A stretch of 63,642 nucleotides of DNA, filler included. It is 5 parts of 5 records of this genome, joined end to end, with 100 filler letters (N's around TTAATTAATTAA, not from the genome) between each part and the next. Parts side by side here need not be neighbours in the genome. Positions count along the whole stretch, not along the records: positions 5,560 to 19,395 come from SRR20825010_6715; positions 19,496 to 50,146 come from SRR20825010_6717; 3 more parts are not named here. One strand, written 5' to 3'. Positions 10,486-20,486 of this stretch are shown in pieces; position 1 is the first letter of the stretch, and the number at the start of each line of letters is the position of its first letter. The notes below the pieces were generated by a model, which was not told the DNA's origin, made no database searches, and was given only the letters and a program-made list of their open reading frames with translations. The translations under genes were made by a program, and so were the position numbers.

Positions 10486-11312
10486 TCATTGAACTGCAGC
10501 AAATTGCTGGCCGCCACCCGGCGGCTGGCCGCGACACGCCCCCCGCGCTGAAGAACGTCAGTTTTTCAGTGCAGGCGGGCGAGCAGGTCGCCATCATCGG
10601 TCCTTCCGGTGCCGGGAAAACGACCTTGTTGCACCTGTTGGCCTGCGCGCTTGAACCCGCAGGTGGCAAGGTGTTGCTCGACAACACCAACCCCTGGGGT
10701 TTGGGTAAACGCGGGCTTCGCAATGTGCGCCGCAATCTGTTTTTGGCACCCCAAGTGCCACCTTTGCCCCCGCGGCAACGCGTGGTTACGGCGGTGTTGG
10801 CAGGCAAGCTACCGCACATGGGCTTGTGGACCAGCTTGCGAAGTTTGTTTTACCCCATTGACACGGGTGCTGCGCATGCAGCGCTGGCACGTTTTGATTT
10901 GTCCGAGAAATTGTTCGAGCGGGTTGACCGGCTTTCTGGCGGTGAACGCCAGCGAGTCGGCCTGGCGCGCGGTTTGGTGTCGGGTGCAAACATGTTTCTG
11001 GTAGACGAACCTTTGTCCGCCCTGGACCCCGCGCGGGCGGAACAAGCCATGAAAACCCTGGCTGAAGTTGCACGGGAACAGGGCGCTACATTGATTTCCA
11101 CGCTGCACCAGGTGGACATGGCGCTGAAGCATTTTCCAAGAATTATTGGTTTGCGTGATGGTGAAGTGGTATTTGACCTACCCGCCAGCGAAGTAACGGA
11201 ACAACGACTGATTGATTTGTATGCCCAGCATCTGGATGAACTGACTGGCCCCGCACCGGAACGCTCGCCGACGCAGAAAAAACCCGCGCCAGTGGCGATG
11301 AATTGCAGGTGA
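10482..11312 (+). CDS. PhnC-like ABC ATP-binding protein
   Basis: GPSGAGKT, LSGGERQRV, LVDEP and STLH; GTGA overlap with the upstream gene. Confidence 0.92.
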   Translation: MIIELQQIAGRHPAAGRDTPPALKNVSFSVQAGEQVAIIGPSGAGKTTLLHLLACALEPAGGKVLLDNTNPWGLGKRGLRNVRRNLFLAPQVPPLPPRQRVVTAVLAGKLPHMGLWTSLRSLFYPIDTGAAHAALARFDLSEKLFERVDRLSGGERQRVGLARGLVSGANMFLVDEPLSALDPARAEQAMKTLAEVAREQGATLISTLHQVDMALKHFPRIIGLRDGEVVFDLPASEVTEQRLIDLYAQHLDELTGPAPERSPTQKKPAPVAMNCR

Positions 11313-11316
11313 ACGG

Positions 11317-12159
11317 ATGAGTAGTGTGTCTGCAAGCAGCAAAAACCCAGCACTGCGGGACCCGGCGTGGTCCATGCGGGTGTTCTGGTTTTTGGCTGCC
11401 ATTGTGTTGGTGTGGCCGATGTTTCAGCTCACCGAGTTTCGCCCCTGGATACTGCTGGACGAGGACAACCTTCGCCCAACATTAAATTTTCTGGGCGACA
11501 TGGTCCCCCCGAAAACTGATCCTGAGTTTTTGACCATGGTGGCCAAAGAGGCCTGGCGCACAGTGGCCATTGCCACCGCGGGCTTGGCCCTGGCTTGGCT
11601 ACTGGCCGTTCCCATTGCCTTGTTGTCGGTGCGGGTCATTTCCATTTCCGCCATTTCTGGTCGCATGGCCCCTGTGCCTGCAGTGCTTCGTCAGCTGGTG
11701 CGCTGGGTGGCCATTGTGCTGCGCAGTGTGCCTGAATTGATCTGGGCGCTGGTGTTTGTGCGGGTGGTTGGCTTGGGCCCCACCTCTGGGGTGTTGGCCA
11801 TTGCACTGACCTACGGCGGCATGTTGGGCAAGGTGTATGCCGATATTCTGGAATCGGGCGATGTCCATGTGTCGCAAAATTTGTTGCGCAATGGTAGCGG
11901 TCGTTTGCAGGCATTTTTCTATGGTGCCTTGCCCCAGAACGCAGCGGAATTGGCCAGCTACACCGTGTACCGCTGGGAATGTGCCATTCGCTCTTCGGCG
12001 GTATTGGGGTTTGTGGGGGCGGGCGGTTTGGGCCAACAGCTGGATTCGTCCATGAAAATGTTTGCCGGTGGCGAAGTGGGCACCATGTTGCTGGTGTTTG
12101 TATTTCTGGTCTGGTTGGCTGACCGTGTCAGCAGTTGGTTGCGGAGCGCACTGGCATGA
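11317..12159 (+). CDS. PhnE/PtxC-like ABC permease
   Basis: LRSVPELIWAL and YRWECAIRSSAVLGFVGAGGLG. Confidence 0.9.
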   Translation: MSSVSASSKNPALRDPAWSMRVFWFLAAIVLVWPMFQLTEFRPWILLDEDNLRPTLNFLGDMVPPKTDPEFLTMVAKEAWRTVAIATAGLALAWLLAVPIALLSVRVISISAISGRMAPVPAVLRQLVRWVAIVLRSVPELIWALVFVRVVGLGPTSGVLAIALTYGGMLGKVYADILESGDVHVSQNLLRNGSGRLQAFFYGALPQNAAELASYTVYRWECAIRSSAVLGFVGAGGLGQQLDSSMKMFAGGEVGTMLLVFVFLVWLADRVSSWLRSALA

Positions 12160-12980
12160 GCACACCCATGAATGATTCTGCCCCGAAATTGCCAACGCCA
12201 ATGTTCGATGCGCGTTGCAAGTCTTGCTGGATGGTGTTCGGTTTGCTCGTGTTGGTGGCTCTAAGTTTCTGGAGCCTGGACCTGCAGTGGGAGCGTTTTG
12301 CATCCATGGATGCAATGGCGCGCATGGGCAAGTTCATCGGCGAACTGCTGAGCCCGAATTTTGAAGCGGCATTTGTTGCCAAAGTGGCCTGGGCCACTGT
12401 TGAAACCCTGGCCATGTCCGCATTGGGCACTTTGCTTGCGGCCATTTTTGGTTTGCTGTGGGCTTTGCCCGCCAGCAAAACTTATGCAGAAGACCCCGCG
12501 CGTTGGCGCACCTTAAGCCGTGGTGTCTTGAATGTGTTGCGCAGCATTCCCGAATTGGTGTGGGCCGCCTTGTTGCTGATCGCAGTAGGGCTGGGGCCAT
12601 TCGCAGGCACTTTCGCATTGGCCTTGCACACCACGGGGGTGTTGGGGCGTTTGTTTGCGGAAAGTATTGAAAACGCGACGGACCAACCCGCATTTGCGTT
12701 GCGCGCACGGGGTGTGGGTTCAGTGGTGGTGTTTTGGTATGCCACGTTTCCGCAAGTATTGCCGCAATTAATCAGCTATACCCTGTACCGCTGGGAAAAC
12801 AACATTCGCGCAGCCGCTGTGCTGGGTGTGGTGGGCGCAGGCGGACTGGGGCAAATGTTGTCGTATCACATGGGGCTTTTTCAGATGGCCGAGACCGGCA
12901 CCGTGTTGTTGTCGATGATGGTTCTGGTGGCGTTGGTGGATGTACTTAGCTACTTCAGCCGAACCAGATTGATGAATTAA
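12156..12980 (+). CDS. Second PhnE/PtxC-like ABC permease
   Basis: LRSIPELVWA and YRWENNIRAAAVLGVVGAGGLG; ATGA overlap at 12156-12159. Confidence 0.9.
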   Translation: MSTPMNDSAPKLPTPMFDARCKSCWMVFGLLVLVALSFWSLDLQWERFASMDAMARMGKFIGELLSPNFEAAFVAKVAWATVETLAMSALGTLLAAIFGLLWALPASKTYAEDPARWRTLSRGVLNVLRSIPELVWAALLLIAVGLGPFAGTFALALHTTGVLGRLFAESIENATDQPAFALRARGVGSVVVFWYATFPQVLPQLISYTLYRWENNIRAAAVLGVVGAGGLGQMLSYHMGLFQMAETGTVLLSMMVLVALVDVLSYFSRTRLMN

Positions 12981-13035
12981 CACGCGTGGTGTGTTGATCA
13001 ATCTGGTCCCAAAAGGGATTTCAACTTCCGGGGGT

Positions 13036-13641
13036 TCAGCTTCCGGTTTTTCCTGCTGCCTGAACCTCGGCGGCTTGTTCTTCACCGCTCTTGTAATGCG
13101 GCACGCGCACTACCAAGCGTTTGGCACGCTGAATAAAACTGTTGTTGCCTTTCACTTCCTGTTCCCAGTATTCATCGGCCAGGGCGATGTTCTTTTCCAG
13201 TTCCAGTTCAAAAGCAGCTTGTGATACTTTGCCACCAAAGATATACAACTTGCCGTCGACTACTTTGAAGTCGCTGGCATTGCCGCCCCACGGGATGCCA
13301 AACATGATGCCGTTGGCGCAATAGCCGCCGTACTGGGGCATGAATTTTTCGGGTTCCGCATCAAACATCGCTTTGTGTTCCGCGCTGGAGAAGTGAAAGT
13401 CCACATCCTGATGCTTGCTGGTGTATTGGGCGTTGCCCTGCACATAAGCATTTTGTGTGAAGTAAGCCACAACGTCAGCACCAAACAGCATCAGGCGATC
13501 CGCGCCTTCCATTTCCGCCGCGTTGACCGGGCTCAGGTCGCTGGCCGGGTTTTGGGCTGTCATTGCGCTGCAACCGCTCAGGCCAATAATCAAACTGCCT
13601 GCAATCAGTGCCTTGTGTGTGCGTAAAAATTTCAAAACCAT
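13036..13641 (-). CDS. YHS-domain (seleno)protein family lipoprotein, Cys form
   Basis: Lipobox LSGC, GADVVAYF, FSSAEHKAMF..EPEKFMPQYGGYCA and VVDGKLY; AGGAG RBS. Confidence 0.85.
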   Translation of the reverse strand: MVLKFLRTHKALIAGSLIIGLSGCSAMTAQNPASDLSPVNAAEMEGADRLMLFGADVVAYFTQNAYVQGNAQYTSKHQDVDFHFSSAEHKAMFDAEPEKFMPQYGGYCANGIMFGIPWGGNASDFKVVDGKLYIFGGKVSQAAFELELEKNIALADEYWEQEVKGNNSFIQRAKRLVVRVPHYKSGEEQAAEVQAAGKTGS

Positions 13642-13661
13642 TCTCCTGTACTAAAATTGAT

Positions 13662-15020
13662 TCAAGTTGATGAACTGACCTGCGCGCGCGGAAACAGTTC
13701 CGCTGAATCCGGAATTGTGTCCATGGTCATTTCCCGCGCGTCTTCGAAATACGGTGTGGGCCAGCCCAATATGGCGCTGGCTTGTTCACAGCGCATGCGC
13801 AAGTGGCGTGCATTGTCGCCACCCAGGTGCATGATGCCGTAGCGGTAGCTGCGCAGCCATTTGAAATCGCGCTGCAGTTCTTTGGTGTCTTTGGGGTATT
13901 CAAACAAAACTGCGTCGGGAAACGTTTTCCAGAAGGTGTTGCGTTGCATGAAGCTGGGAAAGCCCACTGCAACCTGTTGTTCAAACGAACGATACACAAA
14001 GCTGGCCGCCGCCCCTGCCGTGGGCGCTGCTTTGCCTAGGGTGGCAGGGTCCACGTTGTGGGCCAGTGCAAATGCGATTTCATGCAAATCGATGCCATCC
14101 ACACGCAAATACAAGTCAGAAAACTGCGACGCCATGCGCGGGTTGAATTCGATCACGGTGATTTTGTCGCTGGATTCATCGTGGAAAAACTCCATGTTGA
14201 ACAGGCCGTGGTTAAACCCTACAGCCTCAAGAAACCGCCGGGCAATGTCGTGCGCGCGATCTTGTACCTCGTCGTTCAATTTGCTGGGGTACTCAAAGCG
14301 CATGAATGCGTCTGTGTTGGGGTACATCACTTCATCAACCACACCCAGCTTTCGGACCTGGCCACGCCACACATAACCATCCAGGTTGTACTGGCGGCCC
14401 CGCATGGGTGCTTCCAGCATCAGGCTGTGGGCAGTGCCCGCTTCAGGCAGGCGTTTTTTGGCAACGCGCTCAAATGGCTCAACCAGATGTTTGATGACCC
14501 ACAATTCCCATGGGCCAAAGCGTGTGTGGGCGTGCAGTTCCTGTTCGCTGCGAACTTGCCTGGACAGCACCGAGAAAGCTGCCTTCACGGGTTTTACAAA
14601 TTGCGGGTACTCAATGTTTTTGGGCACTGGGCCGCCATAGGCTGCATCAAGCCGGGCAAACGGCAAATTCGCTTCAGGGGCAACCCGTTCAAGAACTTCG
14701 CGGGCATACAGTTTGTGCTGGCAAGCCAGAATGGCCTTCACCGGTGTGCCGGGCCACCCCATTTTTTCTGCCAACAGGGCGGCACTCAAGGCGCCAAATT
14801 GCTCGTGGTTGGACGAAACTGCTTTAGCGCCAGTCAGTTTGGCCAGCACAGCCGCCTTGGCGACAAAGCGTTCGGTGTCGAACCAAAGCAGGCGCGCATT
14901 GCTTGGAAACGTGAACAGGTCAAAGCCGGACACCACGCTGGGCCAATTTGACTGATGTCGTTTTGCGCCTTGTTCATCCCAGTCGTAATTGAACAGCAGC
15001 AGTGTTTTTGGGTGTGGCAT
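13662..15020 (-). CDS. ATP-grasp domain protein
   Basis: QHKLYAR, YPQFVKPVKAAFS and GLFNMEFF...IEFNPR. Confidence 0.85.
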   Translation of the reverse strand: MPHPKTLLLFNYDWDEQGAKRHQSNWPSVVSGFDLFTFPSNARLLWFDTERFVAKAAVLAKLTGAKAVSSNHEQFGALSAALLAEKMGWPGTPVKAILACQHKLYAREVLERVAPEANLPFARLDAAYGGPVPKNIEYPQFVKPVKAAFSVLSRQVRSEQELHAHTRFGPWELWVIKHLVEPFERVAKKRLPEAGTAHSLMLEAPMRGRQYNLDGYVWRGQVRKLGVVDEVMYPNTDAFMRFEYPSKLNDEVQDRAHDIARRFLEAVGFNHGLFNMEFFHDESSDKITVIEFNPRMASQFSDLYLRVDGIDLHEIAFALAHNVDPATLGKAAPTAGAAASFVYRSFEQQVAVGFPSFMQRNTFWKTFPDAVLFEYPKDTKELQRDFKWLRSYRYGIMHLGGDNARHLRMRCEQASAILGWPTPYFEDAREMTMDTIPDSAELFPRAQVSSST

Positions 15021-15072
15021 GTTGGGCGTGTTGTCTCGCAGCAGGGCTATTTTTCTGGCGGCTCATAAAACG

Positions 15073-15876
15073 TTATTGAATGTCGTTGAGTGACCAGTCG
15101 TAATCGCTATACACAATCGGCAGTGATTTGGATGCGATTCTATCGATTATTTCCGGTGAGTCGCTCATGTCCTTCGCCCATTTGGCAAACACATCTTTCA
15201 CTTCCTTGAAGCCTTGATGACCTTTCTCAAAGTCTTCGGCAAACCATTTGAAAATCGGGCTGATTTGAAGTTCACCGTTTTTCACGCGGTTGCGGCTGGG
15301 GTCGGCCACAAAGCGGCGCATGCCATCGTTCAGTTGCGCATTCAATTGGTTGGCAGTAAAGGCCTCGTTGCGCAGGGCGGGGCAACCAATGCTGGCGCAA
15401 TTCACAGCCGCGTGAACGCGGGGGTCGTTGTAGCGGGGGCGTAGTTGTTCGTGTTCAATCCAGTCCAGGTGGTGCTTTTTGCCCAGCAGTGTAAAAAATT
15501 CCTGCTTCCAGGGGCTGCTGAACACGCCGCCAATTTCCTTGATGGACTTGATTTTCGGGTACTTTGTCAAAATCAGCTCAATGGTGAAGCCATTGTAGGC
15601 ATTGATCAAAAATGCCATTTGCTGGTTTTTGTTGAATGCATTGAATTCGGTTTGGCTTACCGCAGACCATTGACTCAGCACTTGCTTCAGGGTTTCCCGG
15701 TCTTTCTGAAAGCCAGCGTAGTCCACCCGCGATTGTTTGTTGTCTGGCATCCACTTCACGTGTTTTTGCAGCAAGGCATTCCACGTGCTGTAGTTGTGGT
15801 CAAAATCGGCTGAAAAGCCAGGGTTGCTGAATAAAAGTGCAAACAGCAGGAAAAAACGTTGGAAGGCTTTCAGCAT
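15073..15876 (-). CDS. DUF547 domain secreted protein
   Basis: Signal peptide, AFLINAYN, DPRVHAAVNCASIGCP, IFKWFAEDF and YDWSLN. Confidence 0.88.
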   Translation of the reverse strand: MLKAFQRFFLLFALLFSNPGFSADFDHNYSTWNALLQKHVKWMPDNKQSRVDYAGFQKDRETLKQVLSQWSAVSQTEFNAFNKNQQMAFLINAYNGFTIELILTKYPKIKSIKEIGGVFSSPWKQEFFTLLGKKHHLDWIEHEQLRPRYNDPRVHAAVNCASIGCPALRNEAFTANQLNAQLNDGMRRFVADPSRNRVKNGELQISPIFKWFAEDFEKGHQGFKEVKDVFAKWAKDMSDSPEIIDRIASKSLPIVYSDYDWSLNDIQ

Positions 15877-15995
15877 GGCGTTTTTGTTTGGAATGTGAAG
15901 TGACAGTTGGAGTGTACGCAGGCCTGACAAGTTCAACGGCCAACATGATGCTATTCGCTTCACTTGCCAATTTGGTTACACGGCACGCCGACTGA

Positions 15996-16379
15996 TCAGG
16001 GCACTTGTTGTTCCATGCGCGTCATGAAGTGTTCAATCGCGTCTGTAAATCGCTGGCCATGCCCGGCTTTCTCTGCCGCGTAAATTCTTCCGGGGGCCTT
16101 CATTGCAAGTTGTTCTGGCAGGTCGGGGTCGGAAGATTGAACAATAACGGGTGTGTGTTCACAGTACTCAAGTAAAAACTGTGCGGTACTTTCTGCCTTG
16201 GAGTCGCCGACATTCAGGTCTGAAATAAGCAGTTGGCAGTTGCTGTTGGACGCTTTTAACTGGGCCAGGCTTCGGAAATAGCGCACTTCGGCGCGGTCTT
16301 CCAGCAGGCGTGTTAAATGAGTTTCCAGCACAAAGCGGTGCATCTCAAAGTCTTCGAGGCAAAAAATTACGGGTTTCAT
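15996..16379 (-). CDS. Single-domain response regulator receiver
   Basis: LED acidic pocket, LISDL phospho-Asp, VIVQS and EK motifs. Confidence 0.72.
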   Translation of the reverse strand: MKPVIFCLEDFEMHRFVLETHLTRLLEDRAEVRYFRSLAQLKASNSNCQLLISDLNVGDSKAESTAQFLLEYCEHTPVIVQSSDPDLPEQLAMKAPGRIYAAEKAGHGQRFTDAIEHFMTRMEQQVP

Positions 16380-16637
16380 GCAGTTGACCGGACAGAACAG
16401 TAACTTTTACATGCTACGAGAAACTGGGTGAGGGTGAGAAATTCTGGCATTTCTCATCCCTCACTATGGGGTTGCCATCCAGTAAACTCAGCGGGTTTTC
16501 AAGCGTTTATCACTAGATCCGGGGACTTACACCACTGTGTTTTAGCGCGTACATTGGTGGTGAGGTATCCGCTTAAATCGGTAGTCCGTTCAGGAGAAGA
16601 TTTTGCGCGCAGTATCAACCACCGGATTGATCGATTC

Positions 16638-17624
16638 ATGAATAAACGATGCACAGTTTTTGCGTTTGGAATCGTGTTTTTTTTCTTCGGTGTTCATGCC
16701 AGGGCCGAGAACACTGACAGTGATTTGCCTGTGTGGTTACAAGAGAAGTTCGAGCCGGTGCATTACGACCTGACTCGTTTTGTCGACAACACAGCCCGCA
16801 ACCTTGATCAGTTTTTTGGTACCGAAGACAGTTTTTTCGTCGAGAACCAGTCTTTTTTGCGTGTGGCTCTGGATCAACGCCTGCAACCAGGTGAGTCCAA
16901 GCTGGACCCCAGCGTGCGTTTTCGTGTGGATCTGCCCACCACCAAAAAACGACTGCGCCTGATCATCGAAAGCGATATTGAAGAACCTTTGGGGCGGCTG
17001 ACTGAGCAGGGCATTCGGGAAGTACGTGGCGGTGAGCGTTTCGACACCAACAATTCCGCAGTGGGGCTGGAACAACGATCCTCGAAAGACCCCACTCAGG
17101 CCTGGGTTCAAGGCCTGGGCTTGGGGGTGAAGTTTGGCTCGCCACTTGACCCCTATGTTCGGTATTCTGCTGCGCGGCAATGGAATTTCAGCGAAAGCAA
17201 ATGGCAAATCAATTCGCTAAGCCGGGTAACGCAGTTCAATCAGCGGGGCTTGCAGGTTCGCACCAACTTTGATGTCAACAAGCCATTGCAGCAAGATCTT
17301 TCACTGCGGTTTCAAACCTATGTTGAATTTGAGGAAATGCGGGATTCCGTGGTGTTTTCACAGACCGCAGAAATTAACCGGGTTCTTGATTCACGCACCG
17401 CGCTTCGTTACGCCCTGATTGTAGTGGGCGAAGACAGGGGCGAAAACACCATCAAGGACTACGTTCTTCAGGCCTACTTCAGGCGGGATATTCACAAAAA
17501 TATTTTATTTGTGGACATTATTCCCGAAGTTCATTTTCCGACCGAAGGTGGCAGGGACCCCTATCTTGCTTTGACTTTGCGGCTGGAAGCCTTTTTTCGC
17601 GGTAATTTTGGCCGCACACTGTAA
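16638..17624 (+). CDS. Hypothetical exported, probable outer-membrane beta-barrel protein
   Basis: Signal peptide (ARA), amphipathic beta strands, and an aromatic-rich C-terminal strand. Confidence 0.6.
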   Translation: MNKRCTVFAFGIVFFFFGVHARAENTDSDLPVWLQEKFEPVHYDLTRFVDNTARNLDQFFGTEDSFFVENQSFLRVALDQRLQPGESKLDPSVRFRVDLPTTKKRLRLIIESDIEEPLGRLTEQGIREVRGGERFDTNNSAVGLEQRSSKDPTQAWVQGLGLGVKFGSPLDPYVRYSAARQWNFSESKWQINSLSRVTQFNQRGLQVRTNFDVNKPLQQDLSLRFQTYVEFEEMRDSVVFSQTAEINRVLDSRTALRYALIVVGEDRGENTIKDYVLQAYFRRDIHKNILFVDIIPEVHFPTEGGRDPYLALTLRLEAFFRGNFGRTL

Positions 17625-17735
17625 CCAGAACGTGCCTGATTGCGAACACAGAAAGGCAACCGCAACTTAAAGGTGAACCTATAATCCAATGTAAATCTGT
17701 TTTCCGGATTTCACCTGGTTTCTTGAGCTTCATCC

Positions 17736-19395
17736 ATGCCTTCTATTTTTGTACTGTTTGCTTTTGTTTTACTGGTTGTAGGAAGCTATGGTTACACCAA
17801 CCAGCCTGTCCAGGAACCGCCTTGGACAAAGGTCATACCTGGCTTTGCATTTTCGCCGTATCAGGCCGGGCAAAGTCCGCTTGACAACATTGAACCCACG
17901 GTTAGTGACATCACGCGCGACCTGGCCTTGCTGAAAGGCAAAACAAGGGCTGTGCGCACCTACACCGTTGCGGGTGTATTTGGTGATATTCCCCGCCTGG
18001 CCCAACAGCACAATATCAATGTGGCGCTGGGTGCGTGGTTAAGTGCAGATCCAGAAGCCAATACCCAAGAACTTGCAAGGCTTGTCGAGGTTGCCCACAG
18101 CCCACCGCACAACATTGTCCGCATGATTGTGGGCAACGAAACCATTCTGCGCAAAGACCTGAATACGCAGCAGATGATTGCTTATCTGGACCAAGTGCGC
18201 GCGCAAACAGACATTCCCGTCAGTACGGCAGAGCCCTGGCACATCTGGCTCAAGAACCCGGAGCTTGCCGAACACGTGGATTACCTGGCGGTGCATTTGC
18301 TGCCATTCTGGGAAGGAATTGCGCTGGATCAAGCGGTTGACTTCACGATGGACACCTACCAGCGGCTTGCGCAAACGTTTCCAGGCAAGCCCATTGTTAT
18401 TACGGAAGTGGGTTGGCCCAGCCATGGTCGATCGATCAAGCAGGCTGATGCCAGCCAGGCCAATCAGGCCAAGTTTCTCAGGCGTTTTATTCAGCGCGCC
18501 GAGAAAGAGGGCGTACTGTATTACGTGATGGAGGCGTTTGACCAACCCTGGAAGTCTGATATCGAGGGCAGTGTTGGCGGGCATTGGGGTGTGTACAACA
18601 GCGGCCGTGCAGCCAAGTTTGAACCGCAGCAACCTATCATTGCAATTCCGCAATGGAAGCTGCTTGCTGCCGCATCCATCGTCGTGGCGTTGTTGATGAC
18701 CATTTTGTTGTTGATCGACAGCGCTGCATTGCGCCACAGTGGCCGAACATTCCTGATCTTCAACGCCTTTGTGGTGTCGTCGCTCATCATCTATGTGATC
18801 TACGACTTCACTTTGCAATACCACACATGGACCTCGGTGGCGATTTCCGTCTTTTTGCTGTTGGGGGTGGCGGGGGTGTTTGTCATTGTGTTGTCGGAAG
18901 CCCACGAATGGGCCGAAGCCATGTGGTACCGAAGCCGCAGCCGTTTGTTGTCTGTGGTGAAAAGTTTGCCGAGCAACACGTATCAGCCTTTTGTGTCGGT
19001 TCACGTTCCTGCTTATGAAGAGCCACCCGAGATGTTGATTGAAACGCTCAATGCTTTGGCTCGCCTGGATTACCCGAATTTCGAGGTGATCGTGGTTGAC
19101 AACAACACCGTGAACGAGGCCACCTGGCGGCCAGTTCAAGCCCATTGCGAATTGCTTGGCGAGCGGTTTCGTTTTTTTCATGTCAAGCCTTTGGCCGGGT
19201 ACAAGGCAGGCGCATTGAATTATGCGTTGGCACAAACCTGCGAGAAAGCAGAAGTGATTGCAGTGATCGATGCCGATTACAAAGTGTTGCCACACTGGTT
19301 GAAAGATTTGGCACCCCAGTTTGAAAACGCTGAAATAGCCATTGTGCAGGCACCACAAGATTATCGGGATGGTCAGGACAATCCGTTCAAGGCCC
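17736..19395 (+). CDS. ndvB: GH17 plus GT2 cyclic beta-1,3-glucan synthase, NdvB-like (3' truncated)
   Basis: GFAFSPY, VRTY, IVGNE, STAEPWH, HLLPFWEG and ITEVGWPS (GH17); TM block; VSVHVPAYEEPP, KAGALN, DAD and QAPQDY (GT2). Confidence 0.85.
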
Positions 19396-19495
19396 NNNNN
19401 NNNNNNNNNNNNNNNNNNNNNNNNNNNNNNNNNNNNNNNTTAATTAATTAANNNNNNNNNNNNNNNNNNNNNNNNNNNNNNNNNNNNNNNNNNNN
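19396..19495. other. Artificial contig spacer
   Basis: N run containing TTAATTAATTAA. Confidence 0.98.
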
Positions 19496-19914
19496 ATAAT
19501 GAGTCGACCTTCGAATGTACAATTGGTAAACAGCACAGATGAAGTGTTGCGTAGTAAAAGGTCTTTGTTGAATTTTATATGGTGCAAGGGGCTGGCTTGT
19601 CCACGATCCGAAACGTCAAAGTGTACATTAGTTAGCTCTAGCCCTTTGTCGATTACAATGGTGTCCGAATTAACGAAGGTTCTTATAAAACTTCCAAGTG
19701 AGCTACTATAGCCAAAGCGGGTGTCAGTAACTTGGTCATACTTGATAATAGCGTTATCCAGTTTAAAAATGGGGTCTTTCGAATTTTGGATCAACTGAAA
19801 AAACTCAGAGTAAGAGTAGTTTTTAAACTCACTCGTTTGTGAGAATAACCACTGGGAAGCAGACAAAAACAAAAGCAATATGAAGATTGACCTAAAACGA
19901 AGAGGGGTTTGCAT
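19496..19914 (-). CDS. Hypothetical exported protein (3' truncated)
   Basis: MQTPLRFRSIFILLLFLS signal-like N-terminus; frame open to the contig end. Confidence 0.55.
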
Positions 19915-20054
19915 ACAGTAGTTTGTGGTTGTGATGCTTATGGAAAATGTTATTGAATATACCGAAAATGTAGGCGAAATCAATTTTTATTGACTCGTCT
20001 GTGATATTAGACGAGCATGTTGACTGCTGGTTTAGTGTCCAATCAATAGTCTTA

Positions 20055-20405
20055 CTAGGTAAACGTCCAGGCCCAGTAGATTAAAAAGGCTTGAAGGGGA
20101 AGTCTTAGCCAAAGTGCGATAATGTACCATGTCTTTTTAACCTTATTCGTTTGGAGCATATGGATATTGGCTGGGAAAACCCCAATGAGTACAACGATAA
20201 TTCCCCACGCACCAATGGTTTGTGTTGAAGGAAATAGGAGAAGAGTAGCAAAAACGATTTCGAAAACTCCACTCAAATATACCAATGGTAGATGATAGGG
20301 GAGGTAGCGTGGCATAATCCTGAGGTAGACCTTAGGTTTAATGAAGTGCATAATGCCAGCTAAAATGTACATGACACTCATAATATAAAGCGAAGAGTTT
20401 TCCAT
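20055..20405 (-). CDS. DoxX/MauE-like small membrane protein
   Basis: AGIMHF..P..Y..IMP, SGVFE, VFPANI and RLPLQ motifs. Confidence 0.82.
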   Translation of the reverse strand: MENSSLYIMSVMYILAGIMHFIKPKVYLRIMPRYLPYHLPLVYLSGVFEIVFATLLLFPSTQTIGAWGIIVVLIGVFPANIHMLQTNKVKKTWYIIALWLRLPLQAFLIYWAWTFT

Positions 20406-20486
20406 AGTTAGTGTAGCATTCAATTGGCTAAATATAAGTCAAATCAGTTGGGTATCGGCTAAAACTTAAGCTGAAGGAATAAATTG

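Noticed and set aside
9616-12980. Phosphonate utilisation (phn) operon
   Set aside because: No C-P lyase or phosphite dehydrogenase genes are nearby and the context is selenium, so phn symbols were not assigned.
5560-15876. UGA-selenocysteine read-through in the selenium island
   Set aside because: The TGA stops checked (senB, methyltransferase, phnD-like, phnC-like, YHS) either overlap the next gene or are followed by another stop within a few codons. The YHS GGYCA position is a Cys codon.
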